Assembly (NCBI GenBank): GCA_030141605.1 | Contig: JAQGDQ010002375.1 | Span: forward strand, 62,001-126,000 | Direction of reading: 5' to 3' | Source of the DNA: Tubiluchus corallicola | Lineage: Eukaryota > Animalia > Priapulida | DNA: 64,000 nucleotides | Shown here: positions 10,927-23,900 of the stretch, piece after piece | How the letters are laid out: each line of letters begins with the position of its first letter | Numbering within the stretch: the first letter of the stretch is position 1 | The notes under the pieces: generated by a model | Databases searched by the model: none | What the model saw: only the letters and a program-made list of their open reading frames with translations | What the model was told of the DNA's origin: nothing | Made by a program: the position numbers and the translations under genes

Positions 10927-12534
10927 TAATTCATTTCTAATAATAGTCATTTATAATAATAATGATAATTCATAATAGTCATTTATTTTTATTTTTCTCT
11001 CTCTCTCCTCTTTATCTCTTTCTCTCTCTCTAGCTTATTTGCCCTCTTTTTGCCTCCAGGCTTTATATAACATATTAGGCCTATATGAATGTTGTACATA
11101 TCAACTTGTTGATGCAAGCTTTTTTTATGGACGTATAGTGTACAAACGGCAGGGACAATTGGTTGTTCAATTAAATGCATAGTATTGAGCAGGCAGGCAT
11201 TGTGATACAAAACCGGTGTGATAATGTTGTGCTAGTTGTTTTTTTATGTACAAATAGTACAATGAATGCTTTGAACTTTACTGTGTCTGTTTTGCTTTCA
11301 CATTATATACTCTTTTGTTTAATTGTTTAACATGCTTTGAAGACGAGCTGTTTTATTCTGCCTTTACACTAATTTTGTAAAACTGATCCGCGAGAAGTGT
11401 TTATTAAGACATGATTCATGTTAAACAACAACATGGCTTGTCCCCTACTCACTGGTAACCAGTACTCAGGAGCTGTATGATCTGTTGGAATCCTCTATTA
11501 GTTAATAATCTATTGAAGTTGAGTCTGTTCTTATTAGTATTTTTATAATCATTTTGCAAGTGAAAAGTGGCACTAATTAATATTAACAAGTGTTGGCAAT
11601 TCATTTTGCAGATGCTGTGATAATTAGTTACTATTGCAACTAGGTGCATTTAATTGCATTTTGGTGTGTTGTACTAAATAGGCAAATGATGCCAAATTTT
11701 AATGGAATCATGTTTTTTCTGTTAAATGAAATTGCAAAGCTCATTTTCAAATGACGGCAATGCACACCTAATCACTGCACATGATTATTGAATGAAACAG
11801 TACTGAAAGTACTTATTGATCGCTGTATTTAAATTTCTTTATTCGTCCTGGTTAAATTGTGTCTACGAATATCATAGTATTAATATCATGGTTGCTACTT
11901 GCATATGCAGAAGACAGTTGCATAAGTTATACTGTATAGTAACTATTAGGGATGTTTTTTAAATGTTGTACGAACTTTACGTAATTACATATATTACATA
12001 ATCATTGTTTATATGCATCAGACCAGTGTGAACTCATTGCGAAGTATGATCTGCAATATATGAAATATGTATATATATGTATATGAAGATCTTTAATTAT
12101 TACATTACTCATGACTCACTGGTGATTGTTTTTTTTAAACCTTGACGTTTGTTTGGCAATGCAGTGAACACTGTAATATACTCTTTTCAATTTCAAATTA
12201 TTTATCTTAAATTATGAACCAGGCGAGTGTAATTTTGTTGAAAAGATGAAAAAGAAAGAATGCATAGAATAAATGGTTTTTTACAGAAACTGACATTCCT
12301 TAAATGTTTATTTTGTATTATCTTGTACATTTTATTAGTCTGTATTCCAATGACACAGCACTTGCTTTAAAAGTGTTCCAATTATGATGCATGCACATCT
12401 AGAAAAGTGTTAGTTTTCCAAGACGTGTACACATCATTATTTATGAATGATGCCTTTACCCGCAGCCTTCTCTAACATGTAGCCAATTATAACATGTTAA
12501 ATTCATGGCACCAGTAAGAGCTATACGTTGTAAG

Positions 12535-13060
12535 TATGCCTGTAATGATACATCGATGCATTGGTGACACCTTTTGCGACGATACGTTTGTTGTTAAAGT
12601 GCACCAGTATCTCGATAATCTGAATCATTGATATTTGGCACAAGCTCGACTGTCCCCTGTAAAACCAGTGTGAGATAATTCAAGCTACAGCTGTAGAATG
12701 TACTGTAGATATGTAACAATCAGTGCAGTGAGTGCAGCATTAATAGACTTGACACAGGCAAACCTGCTGACAGCAGCCAAAGCAGAATTGCAATGTGTTT
12801 ATAATAATCCACAGTAGATTAATTACATTTCCTTATAAGTTTCTTAAACGGCTTGTAGCAAATGTGAACTAGAAAATGCACCAGCGTGCTTTAAATCAGA
12901 AGTATCAAAATGTTTTGCATTTCTGGTGACTTATAATGCAAACAAAACAAGAGTATAAACAGAAATCAAACAGCAATCTTTTTTTGTTAAAGCATGCAAA
13001 CGTATCGCGAAGTTAGTATCGTGGCACGTATCGTGACTTAGGTGTATCATTACAGCTCTA
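12535..13060. mobile_element. Old hAT-like MITE between the folate receptor and SNRNP48 3' ends
   Basis: Ends TATGCCTGTAATGATACA / TGTATCATTACAGCTCTA, subterminal GATAC/GTATC repeats, and 8-bp flanks GTTGTAAG / GTTGCATG (6/8). Confidence 0.65.
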
Positions 13061-13516
13061 GTTGCATGGTCTATAATCACTGATCCTAAACACGACTGGT
13101 AAGATCATTTTGCAGAATCAATATTTATAAGCTAGCTGATGCAGTCTGACATGAGATAAGTCTTTTAACTACAGTTGTGACAAGCTAATGTTAAATACAG
13201 CAGTAGTGCAAATACTGCATTCACTAACAGAAAAGGGTAACTTGCAATAAAACATACTTTTTGCACAAAGCAACACGTAGACATGATTTACACTGTTAAA
13301 AAGATCATTTCCTTTTTTCAAGAGGGTAACAAACCCAACTCTTGGCTTGTTCTAGTGTCGATCAAAAGAATTATCATGTTAGTGCCATTACATATTTAAT
13401 AAATAATAACGTCATTATATACGATAAATATTTATGTATAGGATTATATGCATGTGGCTTTTACATTCAAAGAAACAAGTTTGCATTTCATCACTCAGAG
13501 TTTATCAAATTCACAT

Positions 13517-14665
13517 TCATGAATGCTCTTTTTCTTGTTTAATCTCAATAATGGGAGCCAGCACTTTCTCTGATCCCTCTTCAGTTGCCTCAGCTTTTAT
13601 ATCACTTTTATGGAAACATTTTTTCCTGTCCCTACTGCTGCTCCTAACTCTAGAACACGCTTTTCTCTTTCTCCACCCACTACACCTGCTGTCACACACT
13701 GGGCATCTGCTTTTTCCGTGCTTTTCACCTCTTCTGCTGCGTTCGCTGCTCTGACTGCGACTTCTGCTCCTTCGGTGGTCTTTTTTCCGTCTCTTATGTT
13801 TTTCTTTGTCGTTATGATCCTTGCTCCTGCTTCTGCTTCTTTTTCTTCTATAGTCTTTTCTACTACCACAAGGAGAATCATCACTCTTTTTGCTAACCCC
13901 AGCAGCCATCTGACTAAATAGTTCCATTTGGTTATCAATAACTTCCTTGATAATCTCAGTGTATGACTTTTTACCTGTATGAACATTTTTCCCGCGGTAA
14001 GTCTGCCTCCGTCGTTTCAAATCTCTGGCTTCAGCTAAAATTTCCAACTTGGACTTTTTCTTATTATTCACTTGCTCATCGGAATACTCCCAATCTAGTG
14101 TAATATCCTTAACTTGTGTTCGGTGTTTTCGAGTTTGCTTTGCATTTTCCACCACGTATTCGTACATAGCAAGTCGCTCTTCTTGTGAAAACTCCACCGT
14201 CTCTCTGTCATAAGTCAATGGCATTTGCCGGTGCATCAAGTTTGACGGTTCGTAAACTAACCCCTGTCGACTTGCACATTTTTCAAAAATGAGATTCAGG
14301 GCACCTTGATCAACTGGAACGAACACGACTTCAGGTTTATTCTCATACATAAACGTATGATTTATGGCGGGCGTGATATCCTCCAATAAATACCCATTTT
14401 GCTTCCATTTGCAAATCTCTGCATGATGCTGAAGTGATTTCTCAGGCATCATGTGATTAGTACTGTATGGGCACTTGGCTAACGGTAAGTGGTTGTTAAC
14501 GAGCAACTCGTGTTGCTCTCTGTCCAACTTGAGCTCGTCAAAGACTTCATTGACAGATTTTTCGGTAGTATTTATAAAAGATTTCAGCCTGGCGAGTTTA
14601 GTTTTCCGTTTTTCTAACCATTCGCACTCGTTTGCGAATTCCGCTAACTCACAATCCACATTCAT
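13517..14665 (-). CDS. SNRNP48: U11/U12 small nuclear ribonucleoprotein 48 kDa protein (minor spliceosome), single coding exon, 382 aa
   Basis: CHHC zinc finger CPYSTNHMMPEKSLQHHAEIC, conserved block LEILAEARDLKRRRQTYRGKNVHTGKKSYTEIIKEVI, and an RS/basic C-terminus. The ORF is uninterrupted from ATG to TGA. Confidence 0.9.
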   Translation of the reverse strand: MNVDCELAEFANECEWLEKRKTKLARLKSFINTTEKSVNEVFDELKLDREQHELLVNNHLPLAKCPYSTNHMMPEKSLQHHAEICKWKQNGYLLEDITPAINHTFMYENKPEVVFVPVDQGALNLIFEKCASRQGLVYEPSNLMHRQMPLTYDRETVEFSQEERLAMYEYVVENAKQTRKHRTQVKDITLDWEYSDEQVNNKKKSKLEILAEARDLKRRRQTYRGKNVHTGKKSYTEIIKEVIDNQMELFSQMAAGVSKKSDDSPCGSRKDYRRKRSRSRSKDHNDKEKHKRRKKDHRRSRSRSQSSERSRRGEKHGKSRCPVCDSRCSGWRKRKACSRVRSSSRDRKKCFHKSDIKAEATEEGSEKVLAPIIEIKQEKEHS

Positions 14666-14928
14666 AGCTAGTTTAGTAGTTAAGTATTTTCACAACAATT
14701 ATTAAAAGTCAAGTAAGTAGGGTTTATAGATAATCTGTTGCCATTACACTCCGTGTATTTTCGCTTTCGGGGTTTTTATTTTCCGCTTAGAGAGTTTCCT
14801 GAGTCTATACTACAGTGTACGCATCCAATTACATAAGTGATCAGACGTAGAAATTGTTAAGTAACATTAACTCTGCTATTGGTGTGCACAGCATTTTTCC
14901 ACCTGCTATTCAATTCATGTGCCTGCTG

Positions 14929-15632
14929 TTGGGCGCCGAGTAATGCATTAGCCGAAATAGGACAATTGGCGTACGTGGGCTAGCCCAAGTCGGACGCGTC
15001 GTACATAGGCTAGCCCAAGTACTGGCACCGACCGTCGTCCTTGTTTATGTAATAATGATAATAATTAAAAGCGTCATTATACGTTGAATAATTTATTATA
15101 CATCTGATGAAATAAAGGAATTTTATTATGAGCTAGAAGAATTAATATTTGCCAATATTAATATTCTTTGAAGTGAAATAAGCGCGCTTTTTAGGCGATT
15201 CCAACATTTGTTTAAGGTATATCATTTTTTATTTTGTTTTGCTTCACAGACAGTTGATCCTTTTGGACAAATAATTGTTTTCTACTAAGTAAACGGGTTA
15301 GCGATTTATTAGCCCTACATAGTTTCTCTCTTTAAAGTATTAGATACTTAGTTTAATGTTATGACGATATTAATGGAGCTAATAATGATGATGATATCGT
15401 TGTAAAAAATACATTTGTAAATTGTCAAGGACTGTCCATCATTATTATAAAGTTACTTTTTTTCTAAAACAAATTTACTTTTATATTTTAGTATGTCATA
15501 AGTCTCGATTCTCGACAGAAATCGCTAGTGTCCTACTTGGGCTGCCCATGTACGACACTGCTTTTCCGCAAATTTGCACATGCGTTTTGCCGCAAGTGTC
15601 CTGCTTCGGCTAGTGGATTACTCGGCGCCCTA
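14929..15632. mobile_element. ~700-bp TIR element (MULE-like MITE) just upstream of SNRNP48
   Basis: ~40-bp imperfect TIR GGGCGCCGAGTAAT(G/C)CA(T/C)TAGCCGAA..AGGACA. Subterminal GGCTAGCCCAAGT repeats are mirrored by ACTTGGGCTGCCC. The 9-bp flanks TGCCTGCTG / CACCTGCTA differ only by transitions. The superfamily is an inference. Confidence 0.7.
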
Positions 15633-16826
15633 CACCTGCTATAGAATCGTAAAAATTCAGTCCCCCATTTAGGGCAGCTTTCATGAACCTTATTAACAAA
15701 AGGAATTTACAAACGAACTTCAAGGCACTCAGTCGCCCTTACAAAATAGCATGATTTCTAATTAAAGTACGAAAATATTAGATTTTTCATTTTTAAGTAT
15801 GCATACACCCAGTATTATTATAATTGAGTCAGTCAGAATCCATTATTTTTACGTAAGTCTTTAATCTGTGTGCCCAATAAGCAGTCCATAAAATGTATAG
15901 CAAAAATAGAGTTTGTACAATAGTGCACACAATGTACAATTTGGCTTGAAAATTGAAAATGCGTTTTTTGGTTTTGAAAAAATTTTGGAAGATCTCAGAA
16001 AGTGGCAAAATCTGCATTACTTTTGGGTCTTCTTCGTTGTTTAATCCAAATTTGCTCTGAGTGTTTTCAATCAATAACACAATGAGGTAGATGAATAACA
16101 TAAGTGAGAATCTTGATGAAACTTGCTGAAGCTGTATTACAGCACATATAATATAACCTTTTGCTAAGCAAATAGAAATACGAGTAATAGCACAGAATAA
16201 TTTATATAATAACAGACTTATCTTGTTACTATAATGGAAATGTCTTCTTGCACTTGCACTTAATGTCTTCTTATCTTCAATAAACTTCCTTCATATTTGC
16301 CCCCAGCTGTTTGGTCTACATAATGTTATTGTACACCCTATACATCTGTCATCATGGCAAAGTCTACAAAGCAAAAACTTTTTACATCCCCCTAACTGGC
16401 ATGTTGTTTGATCCTCCGAGCTAGCACATTGCCTTTCAGAATAACTCCACACGTGTTTAGAAGAAATATGTCTGGTGAATCACCAAGACATTTAGTTTGA
16501 ACCCTATGCAGGTTGTACGAGACGTGCAAGGTTTCTCCATTTTTGTCACCCTGCCCTTTATTTTAATGAAGCGAAAATTTATTTGAAAATTTTCAAAACT
16601 GTAATCGAATTTGGTTTCTTTGAAATCTAGAATTCGGTTTAATTCGAATTTGAAAGTGTCACGTTTTAATTTTTGTTTAATTGATGTATTTTAGTTCGTT
16701 TCTGATAAAGAATGCTACGTATCCTACTTTTTCTGTTAGAGTAATTAAAGCCTGCTTACCTCGAGCTTCTACTGATAGTTTTTATGGGCCGCACTAAAAA
16801 CGTGCAAAAATTGATTGCCCAGAGAC

Positions 16827-17172
16827 TAGGGGTGAGCATTCTCTACCAGAAAGCGAATTCGAATCGAACCGAATTTGTGACTTTCGAATTCGAATCGAAC
16901 CGAACTTCAGTGTTTCGAATTCGAACCGAATTCGAATTGAGATTGAACGATTTTCGAACAAGTTTTCGAACCACCAGTAAAAATTAGTCTTACAAAGATC
17001 ATGTGTATCACCAGATTTTGTTCTGCAATAAAACGACTAGTAATTTGTTTAAAATTGTGCACAGAAATCACTGCTAAATTATGCTAATTGCATGTTGTTT
17101 CAATCGTTTTAGTGATCAGGAACATATGTGATTGAAGTGCTGAATTATTCGAACGTTCGATGCTCACCCCTA
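16827..17172. mobile_element. 346-bp hAT-type MITE with perfect TIR and TSD
   Basis: 13-bp TIR TAGGGGTGAGCAT / ATGCTCACCCCTA and a perfect 8-bp TSD CCAGAGAC (16819-16826 and 17173-17180). Interior TTCGAA repeats. Confidence 0.92.
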
Positions 17173-17397
17173 CCAGAGACTTTTCCAATTTATTATAAAA
17201 TGGGTCCTTAAAAATTCCAAACTTTCATTTTTAAGTGTCTTGCCTTGACGGGACAACAAAGCAGGGCTGAATTAAAATCGACTGAAATCAAGTACTAGAT
17301 TTATTTAAGATTACAGAATACTACTGTACAGTACTGTATTTGGAAAGTGACCTGTTATTATTTTTCGTGATTCCTCCAGTAAACCAGTTTTAAAAAT

Positions 17398-18851
17398 ATG
17401 AATTCTAGATACTTACGAACTACTTTTAATTTATTTTTTCGCAAAACTTCAGGCTTTGTCTTTGCCGTTGCAGTCGCTGCAATATTTTTTGAACGCGGGT
17501 TTGATCAAGGAACGGATTACCTCTTTGATAAAATAAACGAAGGGGTGAGTTTTATATATTTTAGACAACCTAGTACAATCATTGTAACGGTGCAAGTTCT
17601 ACGCGTTTAATGGTGGTATAGTGATCTAGATTTCGAGTAAGCACATAGCTGCTTTTTGTTTATTCTTTATTTTATTCTAATAATATTTGCTCGCCATGCT
17701 GAAATTAGTAGAACATAGTACTTTAGTACTATAATACTTTTTAATATTAGTAGACTCTATTTAGGGATGGGTGACTAGATGCCCATTTGTCTCTCGCTAT
17801 CCCGCCCTTAAACTTTGTAACCTATTGTATGTATTATTCTGTGATTATTAATATTATTTTGAAGGCATGTAATTTATTCTGTTCTATTCTATTCTGCCGA
17901 GTTCTCTTAACAAATAATTGTTACAAATTAGATGTGATGCTGACAAGCCACTGAAATAACAGTGTCTACCATTTTGTTGGATTACTGAGGTGTTTACCTG
18001 TCTTGAGGGCGTATATAAGTTTTTTGTTCTTAAAGTGCAGTTGCTATAACTCAAAATAACTGTACTATTTACAATGTCATAATTCAAGCACTTAGTATGA
18101 GAACATACATGTGGTTGATTCTATGGATATGACAGGCAAAATTCGACGTCATAGTGTGGGCCAACTATTGCAGTAAAAACTAGAGCTAATAAAAGTAATA
18201 AAGATTTACTGATACTTATTTATAAGGAGCTGCTCCAAAAATCTTTAGGAAACATTAACAAACAACATCATCTATTCCATGTTTAGTTAATTTGGTTATA
18301 TCTTGCCAGTTCAACATTATTTATTAGTTATTTGCTGGAAGACTATGCTAATTCATTAAGAAGAGCGGCATGTGGTCATCCAGTAACAACGAGACTGCGG
18401 CAAATATGTTAATGCCAAAAAACAACAAACTCTAATACCAGGTTAACTCCAGGAAGCCAATTAATTGTCCCTAAATCACGTACGAATTATAGGAAGGTGC
18501 TTATCAGAAGCCAAGTTATAGGATTCACTTGAATTCAGCTCACTAGATGCTTAATTAAAACAGTATTGTTAATACGTAATATTAATGTATTGTTGGATAC
18601 ATTTGTTAATACAAGCCTACCTTAGTGTTTGTTATTTTGAATTTATTTGCAACTAGCTGTTGACATGCATACAAAAATTAATGTAATATGTAATATTTTT
18701 GCATTTGAAATAACATAGTACTTGGAATAATTTGTCAATTTGCCCTTCCTAGCTTTGTGATTTCTGTCTTAATAACAGAAAACCTACATAAAATGTTTGT
18801 TGTTTTCAGAAATTATGGAAACACATCAAACACAATTATGAAGAAGACTAA
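17398..18851 (+). CDS. UQCR10: Cytochrome b-c1 complex subunit 9 (QCR9), 62 aa
   Basis: Exon 17398-17544 MNSRYLRTTFNLFFRKTSGFVFAVAVAAIFFERGFDQGTDYLFDKINEG joined GT-AG in phase 0 to exon 18810-18851 KLWKHIKHNYEED*. This gives the family motif FER.FD...N.GKLWKHIK..YE. Confidence 0.93.
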
Positions 18852-20932
18852 CGATTTGCGGACTTTTAGGAATTTTTGTAAATATTGCTCTGTTGTCACT
18901 GTCATTGTTAGTCAAACGAGTAAATCTACATGATGTTGATGATTGCCAAGACTGCAAGAAATTGATTCATTTATTGCACGCAGTTTCACCGAGCCATTAT
19001 ACTCCTCACATGGTCTGCATCCCAAAACTAGCATTGCCAAGCATTTTGAATGGGAATCTTTTATAGCTACGAGAACTAAATGGAGAATATCACATTTTCT
19101 AAATTTGCTGATTTTTCCTCATACGAAGATTGGTGCTTACATGTGTTTGCAATGTGTTGCCAAGGATAATTGGAATGACCAGTTTTTGTTGACAATTACA
19201 ATAAAGTCAGTAGCTGCTAGGAGTAACATGACCAGCTGTGTTGGCTGTAATTTGGAATTAAGCCATATCCACATTTATCATTCATAATTATTTGTAATCT
19301 GCAGTGATGGTTGCACTTTTTATCAATGTATTGCAAGTGCTTATCAAAACTGCTTTAAAACATGCATGTAACTATTTGAATCTAAAGATGCCAAATAATG
19401 AGTCATGGTATTAACAGTGTTTACTGCAGCGTCTGAAAAATGCATTCATTGGTTGGAAATTTACATACCCAAAACACCAACAGAAAAAACTTCTTCAATA
19501 CTTAATTTATGCAATTACATTTGCTGATTTATGTAAAATCTATGACAAGACATAACATTGCATTTTGTAAAAATCTCACTATGTACAAATAGTCATATAT
19601 ATAATATACAAACAACACAAAAATAAGTTAATATCACACCCATCTAACCTCAATCTAAATTACAGGGAATTGTTGACATGATACATGGAATGGAGAAAAG
19701 TTTAAGAAATCTAAAAAAACGATTGTGTTACCCAACTTGTGCCATTTTGTCTAAAAATAGTATAAGAAAATGATGGAATTATGGAAATGTTCCCTTATTT
19801 ATTCATCAAAGGGAGTGCTTGATTATGTCATGCTAAACCTAGAATCAAAAAGGACTAAAATACTGACAACTTTACAATGGTGAGCACAACCAACAGTATT
19901 TACAAAATGCTCATACACTATTGTGTATATCCTTTATCATTTCTCAATGTGCAAACATAATTCATACCCAAAAATGGTTAACATTAATTTAAAAAAAACG
20001 ATGCAGTTTTCTACGTACTTGAAATTCCTAATAACATGCGGACTTACAAACCTCACAAACAATTTGCACAAGTAAGGTATGAAAGCACAGTTTGGCACAA
20101 GTACGAAAGCTTGATAAAAGCTCGATCAGAGATTCAAGTAATACATGTATATTACAAGTATTTACACAATTTATAGATGGCACTAGTGTAGTTCAGCGTG
20201 TTCACAACCACATCAATAACAAAAATAAATTCTACTAAGCCGAAGTAAACGTATCACTCGCAAACATTGCAAAAATGTTGTTTTAATTAACGAGGGCCTT
20301 TCACAAACTAGCACTTTGCAGACCAAAACACGAAAGTATAATTTTCAGTTTCGTCAAATATAAAAAACGTACAATACTGTAAAAGAATTCAGATAGTGTG
20401 TTGATTTTACCATTAATGTAAAATTGAACTGCACTGAATCTTATAAACAAAAATATCATACCTTCAGACAAATCATCATCATATTTAGTTGTGAATGCTC
20501 AATAATGGTTAGTTTAAAGAATACACGTCATCATACATTTCATAATCTATTGCTATCCAATGAAATGTCAAAACTATTAAACCCTATAACAACGCACAGT
20601 AATTTAGATGCAGTTAAATTTAGCTGGCAGTTGTGGCTTGTGAGCCCTATAATTACTAAACCTAGTTCAAGCTGCCTCTTGCAAGAAATTTTGCAGATGA
20701 ATTTGGAACACCTCCCTACTATGTACAAAAAGCCAAAAAAATTTAATATCACATAGCTTAGTGTACAATTGAAACACATCATGGCAGCATATGCTGCAGA
20801 CATATGATGGAAATGTAAAGCGTAGTTCACTGAACAGAAACTTAGCTCAAGTTTTTTTTGCTTATTTAGCACCATATTGTACAAACTTGAGACCTTTGCT
20901 ATGTACAAATAACTAAAATATTTAACACCATT

Positions 20933-23900
20933 TTATATTTCAGTCTCTATTGGGCCATAGCCATTACTAGTATGCGAACAGCTGCTTAGCGCCTTGGTTA
21001 AATTAGACGTTTTATGACTATCAAAGCGTAATGGCGGCGTAGGTGGCGCCATGTTGTGTTGGTAATCGGACTCAAAATTTTTACTACTACTAATAAATGC
21101 TGCTGCAGCTTCATAGTTGTTTAACTTTTCAACTTGATTTGACAGTAAGTCTACGCCAAGATGTTCGTCGTTCTTGTCGCTGCGAAGCTGCCGATAAATT
21201 GGAGGTCGACTTGTAGGTCGTTTAACTTCAAACGACAGTTGATCTCCGCTGCTGGAATGATATGTAGGATTGGAGAATGTGAATGAAGCATCATCAAAGT
21301 ACCTCCGTTTTCTTCGCCTACATATCAAAGAAATTGGATTAGATTAGATCATTTATTTTCACAACACATCACTTATTTTCAGAACATAACACATCACATG
21401 AAGTCATTAAAAACACAAAGTTAAAGCAATAACAAAAATGTGTGAATACATATAGTCATATGTGTGCTTGCATACCAAAACTGTCCATAAGTCGGCATAG
21501 TTAAAACTACGTTATGATGCTGCAAAGTCGAATGACCCAGAAATTTGGTCAAATGTTAGTTTTTTGTTGTTTACAAAAACCAACACTAAATATATCGAAC
21601 TTTTATATTCTAGCATCAAATTATTAAGGAAGTTCAAAAAACCGAGAAATTTAATTTTATAACTCCTTACCCACTTTTCTGATTGTAAAAAACTCTGATT
21701 GTAGCTCGGCTCGTGAAGGCTGTCATTTTGCCTCGGGTTTTCTCTGTTGCCAATCCTAGTCTACTGGATTTAAACATACTTCAATGTGCTCTTGCAAAGT
21801 CTATAGCAGCCAACATTTGTGCGGTTGCTAAAAGTGTTTTACAGAAACGCGACAAAAAACAAGTTAACTTTAACAGCGATTTTCTGAAGATTTTTTTGTG
21901 TGTAACATGGGGCACATCAACTTCAACGTGGATTACCTTAGAAATAACATAGAGTGATGAGCTTGGTATCAAAATGATCCTCGTGAAATGGAGATTCGGG
22001 ATGTGTGAATAACTAGAAAAACTTAATTGCCGACTTATGGACAATTTTGCTATGCAAGCACACGTATCATGTGTGTGTAGCACACTTACATATACAGGAT
22101 AATGAATAAGTTGCAGTATGTATGCAAAACAATGTCAAGCTTAGGGTTTTCAAAAATGATCCAGATACATGTGTGTGATGGACTTGCAAGGTATAACATA
22201 GCTTCTATTAGTTTGACAAATTACTGTGTAAGCGAAATTTCACTCCGTTGATATTTCAATAATGTGACAGCTTTCCTGGCAACTAATGGCTGCCATGCAA
22301 AGTGGCTGATGACATGGATGGCCAAGTGCAAAAAGCACTTTAAAAACTTTCCAACTTTGAAGCTTATTAATAATAGTCCAACCAAAGTATCATTTACCAG
22401 AATTTACTGGCAGCGATGAATGAACATTTGAGTGTCAATTGTTTCCAAGCAAAGGTGAGAAAAATAACTTGAACTTCCTGAAATGCGTGTTTTTAATGAT
22501 GGTAACCAAACTTATCCTCAAGGTATTAAATTTTAATAATATTCTGCTCACATTATTGAATTTCAAGCAAATAAACTGCCGAGATATGGTGGCCGACAGT
22601 AAAAACTGAATCTCAGTCTGCATTTTCTTAAATCCTTAAAGATTATTTAAGTTTCGATAATTCAAACCCTCACAATTATTTTGATGAGCTCACATATTTG
22701 AACGCAAATGCTAATTCCGCACTTTACAAGTAATTTGAACGGTAATAAAACTTACTTTCGCCATAATATTAAACCTAGTATTACGCAGCACAGCAGCATG
22801 ATAATGATGACAATCACAGCAATATAAGTTGCTCCTAGACTGCTCTCTCTCGTCTCCTCCTTTGTTGTTTCCTCGATGACTCGTTCCTTCTCTTCCGGCT
22901 CGTTACATTGAATCCTGTTATCTACCTCGTTACCGGAACACCTGAATTCACAAATATTACCCAGTAGTAGCTTGCTTTTCAATAAACAATGGAAACTTAC
23001 AGCACTGGCATAGCAGCTGGTACTCGGTGAATGTACTGTTCGTATGCAACATGTCGGCACTAAGTCTTAACAAGAAGAGAACTAAAACAGAATTTTCTAT
23101 ATCCAAATAACTTATCAAAAAGAAAGGCAGCAAAAAATTTTTTCCCCATCCCATTTTATTTGATTACTATGTTAACCATAACCCGAAAAGAAAGAAAAAG
23201 GGAAAGAGAGAGAGAGAAAAAATGATAGAAAGTGGAACACTTTGATACATATTTGCGAGCACACACATACGATATTCTACTACTTACATTGGTTTTGTAA
23301 GGGGAGGTGTGTCAACAGCAAATGTTGTTTGGGTTTCGAATCTGTACTGCCCTGATTCTGTAAAACAACAAATTACAGCATAAGAGCCTCTATAACATTG
23401 TGTAGTTTTATAAGTGCCTGTTTCGTCCAATAAATTAATTAGCTTAACTTGTCTGTTAAAAAGTCTTTAGCTCCAATGCTGAATTTGGAATTCTCCAAAG
23501 CAATGTATCGGTAAGTTAAGTATCAGGTCTCCACAAAATGATTAGATTTCAGGATAACTGTTGCAAAAAGGGTAGTAGTCACTACTTTAAAAATATTTTA
23601 CTTCTTCTAAACAGAGTAAGATTAGCAAATTCTTCATTTACAATTAGTGCAAAGTGCAAAAGCTCACCAAAAAACAAGTGACTCATTTATAAAACTGAGA
23701 GGAATATGTGATAGTTACTGAGTTGTAGAATGACAGTATGCATAACAGACTTACATCTGAAATAATACTATAGACGTATGTTTATAACAATATAAAAAGA
23801 GTTTAATTGCAGCTCCAACTTCACAGCAAAGAAACATCGTTTGTCAGTGTCTGCTATGTTAAAACAACTTTTAATTATCACTCAACTAGATATTGGATAA

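Noticed and set aside
13434-13986. Extra ORFs overlapping SNRNP48
   Set aside because: Shadow frames of the low-complexity RS/basic region.
23001-23059. Apparent extra LRP4 exon with AG and GTAAGT borders
   Set aside because: At 59 nt (65 nt with the other AG) it breaks the frame. Exon 23288-23357 joins 22941 directly in phase 2.
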